Of a stretch of DNA of 64,000 nt, positions 62,474 through 64,000 are shown piece after piece. The position numbers and the translations under genes were made by a program. The DNA lies in NCBI GenBank assembly GCA_035264195.1, contig DATFQQ010000217.1, forward strand, positions 2,028 to 66,027. Direction: 5' to 3'. This stretch comes from Candidatus Sulfotelmatobacter sp. (lineage in GTDB: Bacteria; Acidobacteriota; Terriglobia; Terriglobales; Acidobacteriaceae). Position 1 is the first letter of the stretch. Each line of letters starts with the position of its first letter. Below the pieces are notes generated by a model. It saw only the letters and a program-made list of their open reading frames with translations, did not search any database and was not told where the DNA came from.

Positions 62474-64000
62474 TGTTGGGCCGACTCGGCGAGGGCTGGC
62501 ATCTTAGCGAACTTGATTTCTACCGTCTTAATCTCATACGGCTTTATTGGAACCGTGAGTTCCGAGTCTGTGACCGGCAAGTCTCCGATCGGCTTTTCCA
62601 TCAGATTCGTTTCACGTGCCGACTCAGCCCCCGGAGGAAGATGAAAAGTTACGTTCCCCTCTTTCCCCGCCCATTCGTAGAACCGCAGGATCAGCGCCTT
62701 TTCGTCCTCTGCTTTCTTCATTGCGCTCACGATAACGTTGTCCGATTTGACCTGCACAAACGAATGCTCGGCCGGAAGACTGCCCTGATGCTTCCCAAAG
62801 GGGAGGGCGATCAGTTTGTAATTCAATTCGTATCCCTGTCGAATCGTGAGCGCATCCTTCCATCCGCCACCGTGAGGATAGAGCGAGTACGTAAACTCGT
62901 GGTGGCCTTCGTCTGCATGTGGATCGGGCCATTCAGGAGAGCGTAAGAGTGACAGTCGCAAGACATTTCCTTTCGCGTCGTATCCGTACTTACTGTCGTT
63001 CAGCAGGCTGAGTCCGTGCTTCCCGTCAGAAATGTCAGCCCAACGCTGAGCCGGCACTTCAAACTGTGCCTGCTCCGCCGGAGTACTCCGTGTAGTTGGA
63101 CGTTCCACCGATCCAAATGGTATTTCGTAGGTTGCTTCGTTGCTGTGAGCGCTGACCGGAAAGGCGACCTTCAGCAGGATGTGCTTTTCGTGCCATTCGG
63201 TTTGCATTTTGACATCAACACGTGGAGTGCCAGCGTAGAGAGTAATGTCGCGAGTGAATGTCGAGTTCTGAAAATGGTTGTTAATCCGGATCACCGCCCG
63301 TAGTGGGCCGCTCTCCACCAGTTTTACCTCATCTGCCTTATCGAGATCCCAATGCTGCTTCTCGAAGTCGGCGTCGATGTTCCATGCATCCCACTGTTTC
63401 GGCTTATCGACGAATGTCTGCAGGAGATTGCCGCAGGTTGCGGACGTTGGTCCTCCTGTATCGGTTGCTGCAGGCGCCAGAGACTCCGTACCGCTGCGCT
63501 TGTCGAACAAACTGGTCATGCATCCGGTGTGCGGATCAATGTTTACCCGGACAAATTCGTTTTCGAGTGTATCCAGCGAAGCCTTCAACATGGAATGCAC
63601 TGGGGTGGCCTTTGCCGCGGCTCGAACGAAGTAGGTCTGATATCCGAGAGACGGAGTGCTTGCCAAGAGCAGAAAGTGCGCTCGATGCGTCCCTGCATCC
63701 ATGGAAAGTAATTGGGTTTCGGCTGGCTTCCCATTAGAGTCGACAACCTCAACCTGGCTCGCGGCCGCAGGCAGTTGTGCCTCAAGTTCCGTCACGCCAA
63801 TCCGCGGCCATGACAGGGCATTGAAAAGAATGATCGGTGCGCCGTCCCGCTGCGTGTCGATGTGAGCCGCAAGTTCGTTCAGTGACCCTTGTGTAATCTC
63901 ATTCGCGGCGCGGTCCACATCCTCCAGGTTCCGTTTTGCATCAAGATAATTCACCGCAATCCCCGAGCCCGGCATAATGTCGTGGAAGTGGTCAAAAAGA
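62470..64000 (-). CDS. GH38 alpha-mannosidase, C-terminal two thirds (gene continues past the window end)
   Basis: The frame stays open upstream of the listed Met to position 64000 (LFDHFHDIMPGSGI, a GH38 FHD-type motif). Typical GH38 middle and C-terminal beta-domains follow. Confidence 0.85.
   Translation of the reverse strand, partial: LFDHFHDIMPGSGIAVNYLDAKRNLEDVDRAANEITQGSLNELAAHIDTQRDGAPIILFNALSWPRIGVTELEAQLPAAASQVEVVDSNGKPAETQLLSMDAGTHRAHFLLLASTPSLGYQTYFVRAAAKATPVHSMLKASLDTLENEFVRVNIDPHTGCMTSLFDKRSGTESLAPAATDTGGPTSATCGNLLQTFVDKPKQWDAWNIDADFEKQHWDLDKADEVKLVESGPLRAVIRINNHFQNSTFTRDITLYAGTPRVDVKMQTEWHEKHILLKVAFPVSAHSNEATYEIPFGSVERPTTRSTPAEQAQFEVPAQRWADISDGKHGLSLLNDSKYGYDAKGNVLRLSLLRSPEWPDPHADEGHHEFTYSLYPHGGGWKDALTIRQGYELNYKLIALPFGKHQGSLPAEHSFVQVKSDNVIVSAMKKAEDEKALILRFYEWAGKEGNVTFHLPPGAESARETNLMEKPIGDLPVTDSELTVPIKPYEIKTVEIKFAKMPALAESAQQ

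Noticed and set aside
1-64000. Search for CRISPR arrays, tRNA/rRNA genes, transposases, integrases, phage or defence-system genes.
   Set aside because: I saw no direct-repeat/spacer arrays, no cloverleaf-like or rRNA-like segments in the intergenic gaps, and no recombinase or nuclease-like ORFs. The window reads as core chromosomal catabolic DNA.

Overview
This window is a chromosomal glycan and glycoprotein utilisation region. It holds about 40 well-supported CDS. I saw no rRNA, tRNA, CRISPR array, transposase or integrase. Gene content suggests an Acidobacteriota (Terriglobia-like) genome; this is inference only, based on very long CarboxypepD_reg-type TonB-dependent receptors, three CRTAC1/ASPIC-UnbV beta-propellers paired with TPR proteins, and moderately high GC.

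Content in order:
- Module 1: TPR, CRTAC1, TonB-dependent receptor (TBDR), TPR (418-8991).
- An arabinoside block: GH127-like, aldo/keto reductase, GH51, GH127, GH39-like, exported mutarotase, ribulokinase (9166-20746).
- A LacI-family regulator (20973-22043).
- A tightly packed minus-strand operon: MFS transporter, enolase-superfamily sugar-acid dehydratase, FAH-like protein, beta-hydroxyacid dehydrogenase, and a 933-aa exported protein of unknown function (22134-29250).
- GH31 followed by module 2: TPR, CRTAC1, TPR, then CRTAC1 divergent from a 1345-aa TBDR (29399-41528).
- S9/DPP-IV peptidase, a 783-aa Tat-exported unknown protein, and GH27 alpha-galactosidase (41857-47741).
- A GntR-controlled, complete 4-hydroxyproline to 2-oxoglutarate operon (47772-54881).
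- A third GH127-like gene (54952-57390).
- A roughly 1.1-kb apparently decayed region.
- A minus-strand cluster: Gfo/Idh/MocA oxidoreductase, small Cys-rich protein, BNR propeller, ROK kinase, GH38 alpha-mannosidase (58534-64000).

Main hunting results:
1. A 14-bp LacI-type palindrome (consensus about rGwAAnCGnTTwCy) occurs nine times in intergenic regions. It ties both TBDRs, the TPR/CRTAC1 genes, the arabinofuranosidases, araB, the sugar-acid operon and the regulator into one putative regulon.
2. The recurring TPR + Tat-exported CRTAC1 propeller + giant TBDR modules look like an uncharacterised, SusC/D-independent glycan capture and import system.
3. The combined enzyme set matches every bond type of plant hydroxyproline-rich glycoproteins (extensins, arabinogalactan proteins), through to Hyp catabolism.

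All functional calls come from reading the translated ORFs and recognising motifs. No database search was run.
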